DNA of 64,000 bases from Lingula anatina (lineage: Eukaryota; Animalia; Brachiopoda), in NCBI GenBank assembly GCA_051362555.1, contig CM120647.1:8308001-8372000 (forward strand), read 5' to 3'. Below, in pieces: positions 12,147 to 24,552 of the stretch; position 1 is the first letter of the stretch; every line of letters starts with the position of its first letter. A model generated the notes under the pieces. That model was not told the DNA's origin. It ran no database searches and saw only the letters and a program-made list of their open reading frames with translations. The translations under genes were made by a program, and so were the position numbers.

Positions 12147-15100
12147 TTTATTGTACCACCAGCGTTAGCGCTGGCGGTACACATGGTTTCGGTCCCGTCC
12201 GGATCGTTCCGCCGGCTCCGCCGGCTCCGCCGGACGGCTACCGTTACCGCTTCTCCTCCTAGACGGTAAGGGCCCCCGTACCCATCTCATGGATTTAGGT
12301 CACCTATAATCTCAACTCGTTCCACGTAAAATTTGGGCTTTGTCGGTATTGGGGTCTGGGTGTGGCACTCATTGCAATGCACCCTTGTCTAAAAATGGCA
12401 AAATTAAATGCTAATTATCTACCCTACGGAAGGAGTTATGGGAAAAATTTCTATAGACGGCTTTCCAAAAGTCATATGTGTAGATTTCAAATATACCCTT
12501 GGATTTGACCTTTGACCTTTACTTCAAGGTCAAATGGGCCAAAATTTTCAAAAAAATTAAATTTTTTACGAAAAAAAATTTTTTTTCCCTGTTATTCAGA
12601 CACCACACAGACTTAACCAATAATATTATTGGAAGGTGTTACCCTTCAGGTCATCTTTCATCTCCATGAATTTGGGGTCAATCGGTGAATTTTCACGGGA
12701 GTAGCGGCCATAAGATACCGAAACTGAAAACTGTCTCTAATTCGGGAACCGTTAATGCTAGAGACCCATTCTTTTTTGCATTTTGTAGAGCATGTAAAGC
12801 CCAACACTGGAAGTGGTCTCGGTTTTTTTGTATTCCATACGGTTTTCGAGTTACGCTGTATCAAAAAGTACATATTGGTGGTAAAAGCAAAATGTGCAGT
12901 ACGGTAATGGATAATAAATTTTGAACTCTGGAAAAATAAAACATAAGGCTTGGCAAAGCAGACAACTTGTGTTCAAAAATGACATTATTTCATCAAATTT
13001 GAACTTCTGAAACTTCAGAGCACCTCCTATTTCAAGAATTTTGACCAAAATGACATTTTCTTTATTTTAATTAATTTTTTCTGTACGAAATTTAAGGCAC
13101 ATTATGGTAACTCCAAAATTATAACATTTAGTCCCTTATATCTCCAAAACTGGCAGAGATAGGTCCATAGTTACTATTGAAGTTGAATAGGAAGTCATAT
13201 ACTGGCAATCTTACTATGACCTTGAAAGTGACCTTTGACCTACTTTTCACCATGAACTAAATTTTGCAAATTTTGCTTCCCTTTTATCTCCAAAACTGGC
13301 TGAGATAGGTCCATAGTTACTATTGAACTTGAATAGGAAGTCATATACTGGCAATCTAAATGTGACCTTGAAATTGACCTTTGACCTACTCTTCACCATG
13401 AACTGAACTTTGCAAATTTTGCTTTCCTTTTATCTCCAAAACTGGCAGAGATAGGTCCATAGTTACTATTGAACTTGAATAAGAAGTCATATACTGGCAA
13501 TCTAAATGTGACCTTAAAATTGACCTTTGACCTACTTTTCACCATAAACTGAACTTTGCAAAATTTACTTCCCTTTTATCTCCAAAACTGGCAGAGATAG
13601 GTCCATAGTTACTATTGAACTTGAATAGGAAGTCATATACTGGCAATCTAAATGTCACCTCAAAATTGACCTTTGACCTACTTTTCACCATAAACTGAAC
13701 TTTGCAAATTTTGCTTCCCTTTTATCTCCAAAACTGGCAGAGATAGGTCCATAGTTACTATTGAACTTGAATAGGAAGTCATATACTGGCAATCTAAATG
13801 TGACCTCAAAATTGACCTTTGACCTACTTTTCACCATAAACTGAACTTTGCAAATTTTGCTTCCCTTTTATCTCCAAAACTGGCAGAGATAGGTCCATAG
13901 TTACTATTGAACATGAATAGGAATTCATATACTGGCAATCTAAATGTGACCTTGAAATTGACCTTTGACCTACTTTTCACCATGAACTAAATTTTGCAAA
14001 TTTTGCTTTCCTTTTATCTCCAAAACTGGCTGAGATAGGTCCATAGTTACTATTGAACTTGAATAGGAAGTCATATACTGGCAATCTAAATGTGACCTTG
14101 AAATTGACCTTTGACCTACTTTTCACCATGAACTGAACTTTGCAAATTTTGCTTTCCTTTTATCTCCAAAACTGGCAGAGATAGGTCCATAGTTACTATT
14201 GAACTTGAATAGGAAGTCATATACTGGCAATCTAAATGTGACCTTAAAATTGACCTTTGACCTACTTTTCACCATAAACTGAACTTTGCAAAATTTACTT
14301 CCCTTTTATCTCCAAAACTGGCAGAGATAGGTCCATAGTTACTCTTGAACTTGAATAGGAAGTCATATACTGGCAATCTAAATGTGACCTCAAAATTGAC
14401 CTTTGACCTACTTTTCACCATAAACTGAACTTTGCAAATTTTGCTTCCCTTTTATCTCCAAAACTGGCAGAGATAGGTCCATAGTTACTATTGAACATGA
14501 ATAGGAATTCATATACTGGCAATCTAAATGTGACCTTGAAATTGACCTTTGACCTACTTTTCACCATGAACTAAATTTTGCAAATTTTGCTTTCCTTTTA
14601 TCTCCAAAACTGGCAGAGATAGGTCCATAGTTACTATTGAACTTGAATAGGAAGTCATATACTGGCAATCTAAATGTGACCTTAAAATTGACCTTTGACC
14701 TACTTTTCACCATAAACTGAACTTTGCAAAATTTACTTCCCTTTTATCTCCAAAACTGGCAGAGATAGGTCCATAGTTACTATTGAACTTGAATAGGAAG
14801 TCATATACTGGCAATCTAAATGTGACCTCAAAATTGACCTTTGACCTACTTTTCACCATAAACTGAACTTTGCAAATTTTGCTTCCCTTTTATCTCCAAA
14901 ACTGGCAGAGATAGGTCCATAGTTACTATTGAACATGAATAGGAATTCATATACTGGCAATCTAAATGTGACCTTGAAATTGACCTTTGACATACTTTTT
15001 ATCATGAACTGAACTCTGCTAATTTCTTTCTCTTTTAACTTCAAACTTGACAGAGATAGGTCCATAGTTACTCTTGAACTTGAATAGGAAGTCATATACT

Positions 15101-15346
15101 GGCAATTTACTGTGACCTTGAAATTGACCCTTGACCTACCTTACGAAGAACTTAAATTTGATTGTACCATATATATTTTTTGCAATAGTTTAAAAATTCT
15201 TGTTGATTGCATTTTTACAGCTTGTCAAGCACAAAACTGGTGGCTATGTCCCTTATTTTGTGTATGTGGGGGTCTATACGAATGCGCTTGCTCCAGCTGG
15301 TGGTACAATATTCGGAGGCGGTATCGCCTCTCTGATCCTCTAGTTT
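12147..15346 (+). mobile_element. Non-autonomous Helentron/Helitron2-type element (HINE) with internal satellite, inserted in an intron of the integrase gene
   Basis: 5' T-tract plus hairpin tgtaccaccagcg-ttag-cgctggcggtaca (12152-12181), short ccggctccg repeats, 3' subTIR gctggtggtacaa (15296-15308), palindrome gaggcg-gtat-cgcctc, terminal ctagttt. Confidence 0.85.
13141..15140. repeat. 146-bp tandem satellite, ~13.7 highly similar copies
   Basis: tctccaaaactggc at 13141, 13287, 13433 ... 14601, 14747, 14893 (period 146); units contain TGACCTTTGACCT. Confidence 0.97.
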
Positions 15347-16989
15347 AATTGTTCTATCCCTCCCTCAGTATGCTTATGTTTTGTAAGTGTTACACTGTTA
15401 ATTGGCTGAAGCATGAAGCAATTAAGCATGTTAGAATAACTGTAATGAATTCTTCAATTATTCATTCTTACATTGTTACAAGTTCTTACATTATTCACCT
15501 CCCTTTCCTTTTCTTCTTCACCTGAACTTTCCTCCACCTCCAAATTGTCATCTGTAAGACACGGCCACAAAATACCAAATATGTCTTCATGTCATTCTTG
15601 ATAAAATATCTCAATATGAAAATGTAGCTGTTTTGGCTGTTTTACAATTTATAACATGGTAGAACGGCTATAAATTTTGAATTTTCTTACATTTTGCAAT
15701 CTTTGAGAGTCATTTTCATCCTCAGTGCCAGATAGGCTATGATAATCCTCTGCAAACTGTCAAACAACATTGATAATTTGAATATGTGTAGATTTATATA
15801 TAAACTAATAATTGTACTAATTTGTACAATGTACATTCTTTCCTTTTTTTTTGGGGGGGGGGGGTGAAAAATGTATATGTAATGTAAATGTTACTGTTGT
15901 CTGAACCATGAAGCAATTTACTAGCATGTTAGAATAACTGTAATGAATAGGCAGGCAACAATAAACCTTACCAATCTGTAAAACGAAAATAAAAATTTGA
16001 ATACATATATATTATTGTACAAGTTCATGGATGTACTGTACTTAGTTGTGTATTCATTTTTCTGTTTGAAAAGGGTGTATGTGAACTTACATCTTTATCC
16101 AACTTTTCTGTTTTTAATTCAGCACTAGTGCCATCATCATCTTCAGTGACTTTAATCTGAAATAAATATTAGAAATGGAACCAATAACAGAAAACCTTTA
16201 GTAGTTTAATTTCTTCGGTATTTACGGCAGTTAAAGTGTAAATCGACATTTGATTTCGTTTGGATTTATTTCATATTTAAAATGAATCTTATACATAAAA
16301 TTTTGTCCATTAAAAGGGATATTTAATACATGAATTATACAAAGCATAAAACTTATTTCCACTGTGGTCCATTTATATTTGACGAGATCACGCAAGTATT
16401 TTGTTGAACATACTTGGTAATACATTCTTGATTACATGTGTTTTCAGGCATGGAGACAACGCGTTGTTTTTGTGTAATTGTGCTATGACATCATCACTTT
16501 ATGAGGTCGCCCAACGTTATTTGAGATGCCAAGGAAAGACCCGTTACGCTCGTCTTGTATATATTTGCATACATTAGCATCGGAGTAGATGTAATTCACA
16601 TTTTCTTTTTGGCATCTTGGCAGACGATGATTTTAAACTACCTTGTCAAGTTTATCAGGTAAAATTTCAATGATGTAATTTTAGAGCTATATTTGTTTGG
16701 GTAAATAATTCAAGCTTTCTTTAGTTCAACGCGTGGAGAAAAAGGCAGAGAGGGAAAGAGAGAGCTTGGGGGATCCAGGGAAAATCGATATGATTCGTCA
16801 AAAAAGCGTTTCATTTTTAGTGTGTGCCCGTGTCAGTGAGTCTTAATTGGTCGTGCATTATATGAAAGGAAACATTATTTTACGTGAAAAACGCTTTAAA
16901 TTGTAGCACTTTTTATAACGCAAAATATTCACTGAGTTAAATGAAAGTGTTGTGATTGTGAAACACTATATGATGGTTGTGGGCTGTCT

Positions 16990-17368
16990 TGAAGAAGCGC
17001 CATCCAGGTGTCAGCACACGCTGAGGAAGCGCGTGATATGAATTAAGAAGCACTCGACTTCGAGACACCGGACAGAACACACCTTGGGCGTCAAATCCAC
17101 AATCTGCGAGCATTCCTTGACCAATACCATATCTACTTAATTATACCACTATAGCTGACATTCAGCAATAGTGTCATAGTAGATATTGATCATGGAGCGG
17201 TTGTGAAGACGTACCAGGATTCCTATGAGTGGAATATAAGGTAAGCGGTCTATGCCCCTGATCAGGGCGTGACAGCCGCCTTTTTGTGCATCACTGCTAG
17301 TTAGACTGTAGTTATCACAAGAATAAGTGACTTTAGCCACTCGGGTTCACTTCATTTGGCGACAAGGA
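16990..17368 (+). mobile_element. Putative 5' LTR remnant and primer-binding site of a Gypsy-like retrotransposon
   Basis: ...cttCA|tt TGGCGACAAGGA (17357-17368) is an 11/12 match to the complement of the tRNA-Ser(GCU) 3' end (TGGCGACGAGGA); LTR 5' boundary uncertain. Confidence 0.45.
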
Positions 17369-18192
17369 AAATCGAGCCCGTTTCCTGTTCTTTGATCAAT
17401 TTTTGGTGCAAGAAATTTTTAAATTCCTTTGTCTGCCGCCAAATTTGGATAGGTGGGGGGGGGGGGGGGGGGGGGGGGAGGGGGGGGGAGTGAAAGTGTG
17501 CAGGGGTGGCAATACTTTTTATTATCCAACATACCCTTGTACGTCCATTTGGTGGTATATGAAAGTAATAATTTTGGTTACTAAATTTAAAGATTAAAAG
17601 GGAATTCTTTCATCTAAATTTAATTATAAAGTAATCTCACTTATTCTTGGGGATAACATGAGGCCCCCCAGACTAATTGGTAGTGATCCCTCAATATATA
17701 CTGCTATCATCTGTTATTTAAAGGTAAGGGTTTATTTTTATAAAATTTATCTTAGAATTTACCATATTAGGAGATTCATTCAGGGAATAGTTTCTTATTT
17801 CTTTGTTTAGGGTGAAGTTTTTCGGGGAATTTTGAATCAATTTTTGAGGGAAGGTATTTTTGGGTTTACATTTATTTTCAATTTTTTACAAAATTTTATG
17901 GTCAAAAGCAAACATTTGACTTCATTTATTGTATTTCCGGCTACATTTAGCCCAAGAACAGACAGCAGTATATATTCACATTGCCCATTCCATTGTCTTT
18001 TACAAAATACCCCTCAGCCCTATTTTTGACCTTTTCCCTGACCTTCTCATCTCAGTGAATCTGAAAGTTCCGGATCACTAGAAGTCGGGTCTTCTGATTA
18101 ACTCGCACACTAATTGGGGACAGGAAGTGCCTCTTTTACAGAAATTTGCTGGGTTAGTGTGACCTTTGACTTGTCAAGTTATAACATTGTCA

Positions 18193-18380
18193 ATGGGATC
18201 TAAGGTAAATCTTAACAGCTACCTATGATGAGCTAATTAGAGTGCCTGGTATAGGTCAAAAACACGCTGAAGCTCTTTAAGATTTCAGGAGTAATAATAA
18301 GGTATCTTCTCGGATGAGCACAAAAAATTTGGTCAAAACTAAATCTAAAATGTTGCCCTATTTTTATTCTTCAAGACCAT
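18193..18380 (+). pseudogene. ComEA/HHH_3-like helix-hairpin-helix ORF relic, probably the N-terminus of a gag-like ORF
   Basis: With one frameshift at ~18215 and one stop: MGSKVNLN(T)ATYDELIRVPGIGQKHAEAL*DFRSNNK, matching the consensus INLNTAxxEELxxLPGIGxxxAxxIxxYR. Confidence 0.7.
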
Positions 18381-19666
18381 TAATATTTTAAAGGGGCAAA
18401 ACCCAAACACATTATTTCTCCCCAACCTCATCCATTTATGATGCCTAAACCTGTCCACAAAGAGCTAATGCAATGTCCCACATCTATTGATTTCTCATTC
18501 TCTGATGTTACAAGTAATGAATAAATAGCTGAAATTTATCAAGTATTAAAGTAAAGACTCTAGAAAATGAGAAAGAAATACAGTTACAAGTCTGGTTTGT
18601 GAAATTAATTTAAGCTACGGATTTAATAAATGCCTCCGTTTCAAATAAATTAGTTTGGCAATTTACCTCAAGAGAATTTCGACGTTTTCACATGAATAAC
18701 ATCCCTATATGCCCCCTCATCGTGGCAGTACATGTCCCACATAATTACTTCATTCCACCGTTACTATCCAGCATCACAACTCTACACACAGGATAGTTTA
18801 CTCTGGATAAAAAAAACAACAACATTCAAAACACTATTCTTTAAATTATCTTAAAAAATTATAGTTAATACAACTTCTTTAAATAAACATCAGGATGCAA
18901 TGTTTACACATCCTTTTACTCGTCATTCAAGATATTCACAGGTAATGTCTCTGGTTAAATATGGTCAATCTTCTAACTGTGAGAACAAAATGACCGTCTA
19001 CTAAAGACATCTGTGAATATCTTTTGAAAAATCAATCTGTGGCCCTGGTACAAGGCTGGAGGGGATGCAAGAACATGCAGAGATGACCCCCATTTGAAAC
19101 ATGGAACATTGAAAATGCGACGGCGAGGTGTGTAAAGTGGCTTCTCTATCGCAATTGGCTACACCTTAGTACCATACAGTGCTAAAAGGTTGGCACAAAC
19201 TAGCGTTAGTTTGTACAGAACGATACACAGTCACAGCCCGTCTCACATCCAACCCCTTTCTTCATTAAAATATGTTTTTATTCTATTTCATTTCACTCTA
19301 TTGAATTTGGGGGAATGGCTATATCTAAAAATTGTTTTTTCTACCTTGATAAATTTTACCTAACTTAGGCTAAGTCTAAATGTTTACTTCTTTAGATTTA
19401 TGCTGAATCTTATTTAAAAGCCCATATTATTACAGACCTTAAAAATGAACATTATGAAGTGTTAAAACTTGCGTTTCCTCAAAATAGCGTTACACTTTCC
19501 TATTAGTCAACCCCGTAACTTCTATTAGTCAAAAAGAAAAATGAACTACCGTTTTATCTAATAAATCTTATCTTAAAACCACATTATTCCTTTCCCTTAA
19601 TGTCTACTTGCAAAGAAATGTGTATACCCTACCGTGTGAGGAAAACATTGACGTAACACCTCAAAG

Positions 19667-20008
19667 CCGCATTCTGATTGGCTAATCAGCTGGGTTTGAT
19701 CAAACACATTTTTGACCGCCTGCCAAATGCAACAACATAAACAAATCGATCAATAAGCCTTAGCCAGTCCATACTACAGTGCACGCTCAGATTAAAACTG
19801 GGCCTTTGCAACGTGAATATCGACCTGGCCATCAACGCAGGCCTGATAACCGTATACTGTGTTATGCAGGTTTCACGTTAAAGAGTACTGGCCATTGTGA
19901 AGGGGTTGACCCGTTACTGGACGCACCTGTTAACGGACTACGGGCGTTCCTTAGTCGAGAACACTTCACCCGTAACTTGTGGAATTCAAGAATGGGGAAA
20001 AGGTAAGA
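19667..20008 (+). promoter_or_regulatory. Possible promoter and first exon of an unidentified downstream gene
   Basis: ttgacgtaa (CRE-like), ctgattggct (reverse CCAAT box), CpG-richer stretch ending ATGGGGAAAAG|GTAAGA at 19992-20008. Confidence 0.3.
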
Positions 20009-20866
20009 CTTACGTTTGTGTTTTTCACAACAACCGAGTGTTCTGTATTCAGTTTAAGTGTTGCACCCATATCATCACCGCGTTGCTGTGGAATACACGC
20101 TGAATTGCGGTATATTTGCCGCTGTAATTCGAGAAATGGGAGTGAAATCGAAGGAGAAGAAAAAGAGGTAATGTTAAAGGTATGAACACGAGAGAGAGAG
20201 AGAGAGAATAGGGACCTAACAAATAACAAATGGGTCTTAAAGGTGTAGTTAATATTCGGCAGCCAAATGTGTTCGTGATTGTTGTGTATGCGTGTCTCAT
20301 AAAGATGGCAGATCATGGTGATAGGTGATCAATCATTCCCATTTTCAGGCCATTTACATGTAACAGTAGAGGTTTTTTTAATCTAAGCTTAGACAGCACA
20401 ATGCAGCAAGTCGCCACTGTTTTCGCTTTTTAGTCGCTGCGTGGGACGGCTATCGATTGAAATGAAACATAGCAGCACAACAGCGCAGAGCAAATTGACA
20501 TCCCAAATCACGTATTATTAAGACGCACTTATGCTTTTGTATCAAGCCGAGATACTTAAAGCTAGAACAAATGAGCCGTAGCATGAAGTAAGATTAGGAC
20601 CAAGTAGTAGGCTATTTATCTATGCCTTGATTATATAAGTTAACGGGTGTTGTATATTAGTAGTCGAATGTTCGCCCTGTTATCCATCCTAGGACGGTTT
20701 GTTTACTCTGTTCCGCCATTTTCAATTTACCTGTAAACATGTGTGTATTTGGTAAGAGTGGCTTGATTAGGTCAGTGCTTCCTGCAGTGCACTAATAGCA
20801 CACACACACACACACACACACAATCACGATCTTTCACGCACCTCTCTCTCATTCTCTTTCTCCCTT

Positions 20867-20911
<45 letters not shown>

Positions 20912-21115
20912 AGATGGATGTTTTGCGCAGAGACGAGTACACTTAGATGTATAAATAGACTTAAGAGGTCATGCTGATGTAGGCATGTATCTTACCTCAG
21001 GTGTAAGGATAAGAGGTCAGAAACCTAGAGCTTTCCTTTCGTCGGGTCTGAAGAGAAAATTAAGCTTTTCAGCAGGTAAACATCGCCCTGAGTACCACGG
21101 ATCACTGAAGACGCA

Positions 21116-21275
21116 CAGGCCCGTAGCCAGGGGGGATTCGGAAAGAACTGCCCCTTTTGCTGGGAAAAGGTCCACTCTGGGTAAAATTTGATCAAGGTAC
21201 ATGAAGTTTTTATGGGAAAAGGTCCACTTTTTCAGAAAAAGAACCCCACTTTTGAAATTGTTGGCTACGGGCCTG
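21116..21275. mobile_element. 160-bp MITE, CAGG...CCTG TIRs, 5-bp TSD ACGCA
   Basis: caggcccgtagcc / ggctacgggcctg; acgca at 21111-21115 and 21276-21280; second copy at 59839. Confidence 0.9.
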
Positions 21276-23963
21276 ACGCACCTCTCTGCTATCAGCACGC
21301 CTTTAACGTTCTCAGTGCCCCGCGAAATTCCGGGTGATAACTATGAAAGTCGTCTCAGTTTTATACACCTGATATTTTCATCTGAATGGAAAATTCACAA
21401 ATCAGGCTGCGTGAAGTTGTTGTCAGCAATGGCAAACACTGAACACACACTGAGAGAAGGCTTTTACTTTATATAGAATCGAGTGAGAATATATAGGGAA
21501 AAAACTCGAAGATAAGTGGGCATGAATGATAGCAAATCCAAGGAGGTGAAACACTGTTCGGGGGAGGGTGGGGGAAGATCACGCGCTACTCTCAAGTTTA
21601 GGTTCCCAGTTTTCCCCCATTCTCCCCAACCTCCTCCCCCCATAATATACATGACAATTTTCGATCCTTGTGTCCTACATATTCAAATTGTCTAGCGAAA
21701 AATAGCAAACATTTTACCCCCCCCCCCCCCTCCCATCTCTCGTTAAAACAAGATCCTGCATTCGACAGAGAGGAACTTGTGCTAGAACTTCCTGTCCAAC
21801 AGTATATTCTGGCTCGGTCCATTTTAATTGTCATAAAATAAGACGTGTTTGTGAACCACTAGACGTCACTAATAGCTAGGCACGTTTGCTTGACACTTGA
21901 GAACTAAGGACTTGAGGTTGGAAGGTTATATTATGTTTGGTCAGAGCTTCATCATCCTATGACATTTGTCTTTATTACAGAGTTTTGTTAAGATGACTAA
22001 ATTAGTCATAATGAGATTAATTATTGGAAAAACTTACAACTCTGCCGTGTTTACGACAACGATTCATTGCTTCGCTACTAATTCCGGCCCAATCGACATT
22101 GATTATCGCCAATTAAGGAACCGGACTAATCGTAAAATGCAGGTCAAAGATCGGAACCAGGTTAGGCCTACAATAATCAATTTTTAAAACTTTTGGCATA
22201 AAATGTGAGCTGCCTGTGACCCTAATAATCGTTACAAAGAAAAAACATCGATAAAAGATGAAGGTGAAAGTCGACTGGAATAAAAGGACGCTCTAGACGA
22301 GCGCCATGAAAGCAGCTTGCTGAAATACGCATCCGCCAAGCTGGGGACCCAAGGACCACGCCTTTAACTATATGTAGTTCGTGTGAACAAAATAGAAACT
22401 GTTATCTAATAGTGACAATCCAGTTTTGGTGTTTGCAGTAATTATATCGAAAACGTGAAGTCGAGTCAGTCCAATGGGAGACCCGTCATTACTGAAACGG
22501 TGAATTGGAGGAGGGGGATAGAGTAAACCACGTGGTCCTTTCTCCCCCCCCCCCCCCCCAAAATATGGTGAAAATAGTAAAAAAAAAAAAAAACTTGCGC
22601 TGGTTTCTGTAAGACAAGCACGAATCTGACTTTTCTCACGTAACACTGTATTAAACTAAGTAGTTGTATATAACCCCATTTTGAAACATTTACACATCTG
22701 ACTTTTTCTAGTAAAACATTTCTCGTGAAGTATTTGTATAGAAGTCCGTACTTTAATCCGATCTAGACAGTGAGTAAAAGTACATTACAAACTCGTATTG
22801 AAATTTATTTTTATAAATGCCTTCACTCTTTCACCACTGGGCAACAACTGAATTTATTTCCAACCGAGAAGCAAATGGTGTTGAATAAATCACCAGAAAA
22901 CTGTAGTAGTTTAGCTCTTATCCCAGCGTTCTTTCAGTGCAAGACAATATATCAGGCTCGTTAAAACTTGGCTTTGTTACCAAACAAATAAAATGAATGC
23001 TGGAAAGTCGCATTACGGTTATTTTCCAATACATTGGCACAGCGTGAATTCATAACTTCCACGGAATTGCTTTGTTAGCAATGCTTTCAAGTGTCGATTT
23101 CAATGATTATAAAATATTGCTTTACTTCGTGTCAGATAATACATTGTTGTAAATAGCTGAAAAGGATAAATCCTTAATAATAAAAAAATATAAGAAATGT
23201 GAGGCGTTTAAAAATTTTAAGTAATTGCCGTACACTCGTCTTTCGGGCACTTATTCTCTACGGATATCAAGTTAACGCTTAACACGGTAGAATTACGCCT
23301 TGCAGTTTGGCTGAAGTGCACTTAATGGGTATTTTTTACAGGAGGGAAATGCGAGATAGGATCGTGGTACTGTGTATTTCCCTATCGATCAGACTGCGCG
23401 TTAGACCTTTGTGAAAGCTAAAAAAATCATTGGCAGTCTGGAGAAGAGAACTACAGCAACATTTATAGGTGTACAGTGCGTGTTAGTCCTTTATTTAGTT
23501 AATAATAATGATAGTTTCCTAGAAATTCCTTCAATTGTTTCTTTTTCACTGTATTAAACTTTATCCAGGAGCGGAGAAAATTACTTCGGGTTCTAATTTT
23601 TTTAAATAAATCCACCATCAAGAGTTAAATTTGCCAGTCCTACCCCGAATACGAGATCGATTCTAAAGTCAAAAAAAAAAAAAAAAAAAAAAAAAACTGA
23701 ACTCGTATAGATCGTTATTCGTTGAATGGCTTTGTATGTTTTAATCTGGTGGGTCAGGAAGAAGTATCGAAATTTGAAGGAAAAAAAAAACAAATAGAAC
23801 CTATAAGGCTGGGCCTTGTTAGCCCAAAATTTTGTATTGTAGATCAAACATTTAATTGTCCTGCGTAACTTTTATCCATATTAATCATCTTTAATAAATT
23901 AAAAAGCCATGTCTTATTTATTACAAAAGAGGTCCAGTGTTAAAACTAAATCGACGCACTGCC

Positions 23964-23996
<33 letters not shown>

Positions 23997-24504
23997 CCTT
24001 GGCAGACTTACTAGGTTTTGGTCTAAAAGATTAGACCAGTCTTTGGGCTGAAGTTCTTTAGTGAAAACCAGCCGCGGCTGAGATTTGTCGATAACATTCC
24101 TTTCAGCAAGTCATTGAAAGTACTTCAAAAGTATATTTAGCATGACTGAGGGTATGATACGCTGAATTTGTGTCTAGTTCCCATTTCACTTAAAAAGGTT
24201 AATTTGTTTCTACTCGGTTTACAAGGTGCAATTGATATTTGACAAATGATGCATGACGAGAGAGAGAGAGAGGGGGGGGGAGGGAGGGGTGGTATGTTCC
24301 CCTGGCGTACAGTATTTTTGTAACACACTACTATCTCACACTGTGATCAGAGAATAGATGTTAAGTATTATGTCTCGAGAGAGTTCATTCAAAATAATAA
24401 GAAAAAAGTAAACACAAGTGCAAAGCACTTGAAAAATAGTTGTTTGATGTTAAGTTATAGGTAAATAGCGACTCATGGTTAATACTGGTGTAGATGGTAT
24501 GTAG

Positions 24505-24552
<48 letters not shown>

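Larger units (their letters stand above)
8814..16615 (-). pseudogene. Multi-exon DDE (rve-type) integrase/transposase pseudogene, Ginger2/KRBA2-SCAND3-like
   Basis: Exons read by hand on the minus strand: 16615-16357 (weak), 16156-16091, 15975-15972, 15749-15691, 15551-15499, 12103-12047, core 11855 to ~9270 (amplified), 9194-9062, 8854-8814. Motifs QVDLIDM...GYKYILEILDVFSRF, LQADNGGEFKG, GxPYHPQSQGK|VERSH, NNLAHSS, TPFNVFFGR; in-frame stops and frameshifts in every core copy. Confidence 0.85.

Noticed and set aside
13141-15140. CRISPR-like regular array
   Set aside because: Whole 146-bp units repeat with no unique spacers, there are no cas genes, and the context is eukaryotic
17452-17490. 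Long G-run as a functional G-quadruplex
   Set aside because: Poly-G/C runs are frequent throughout the window and their lengths are error-prone; nothing specific supports function
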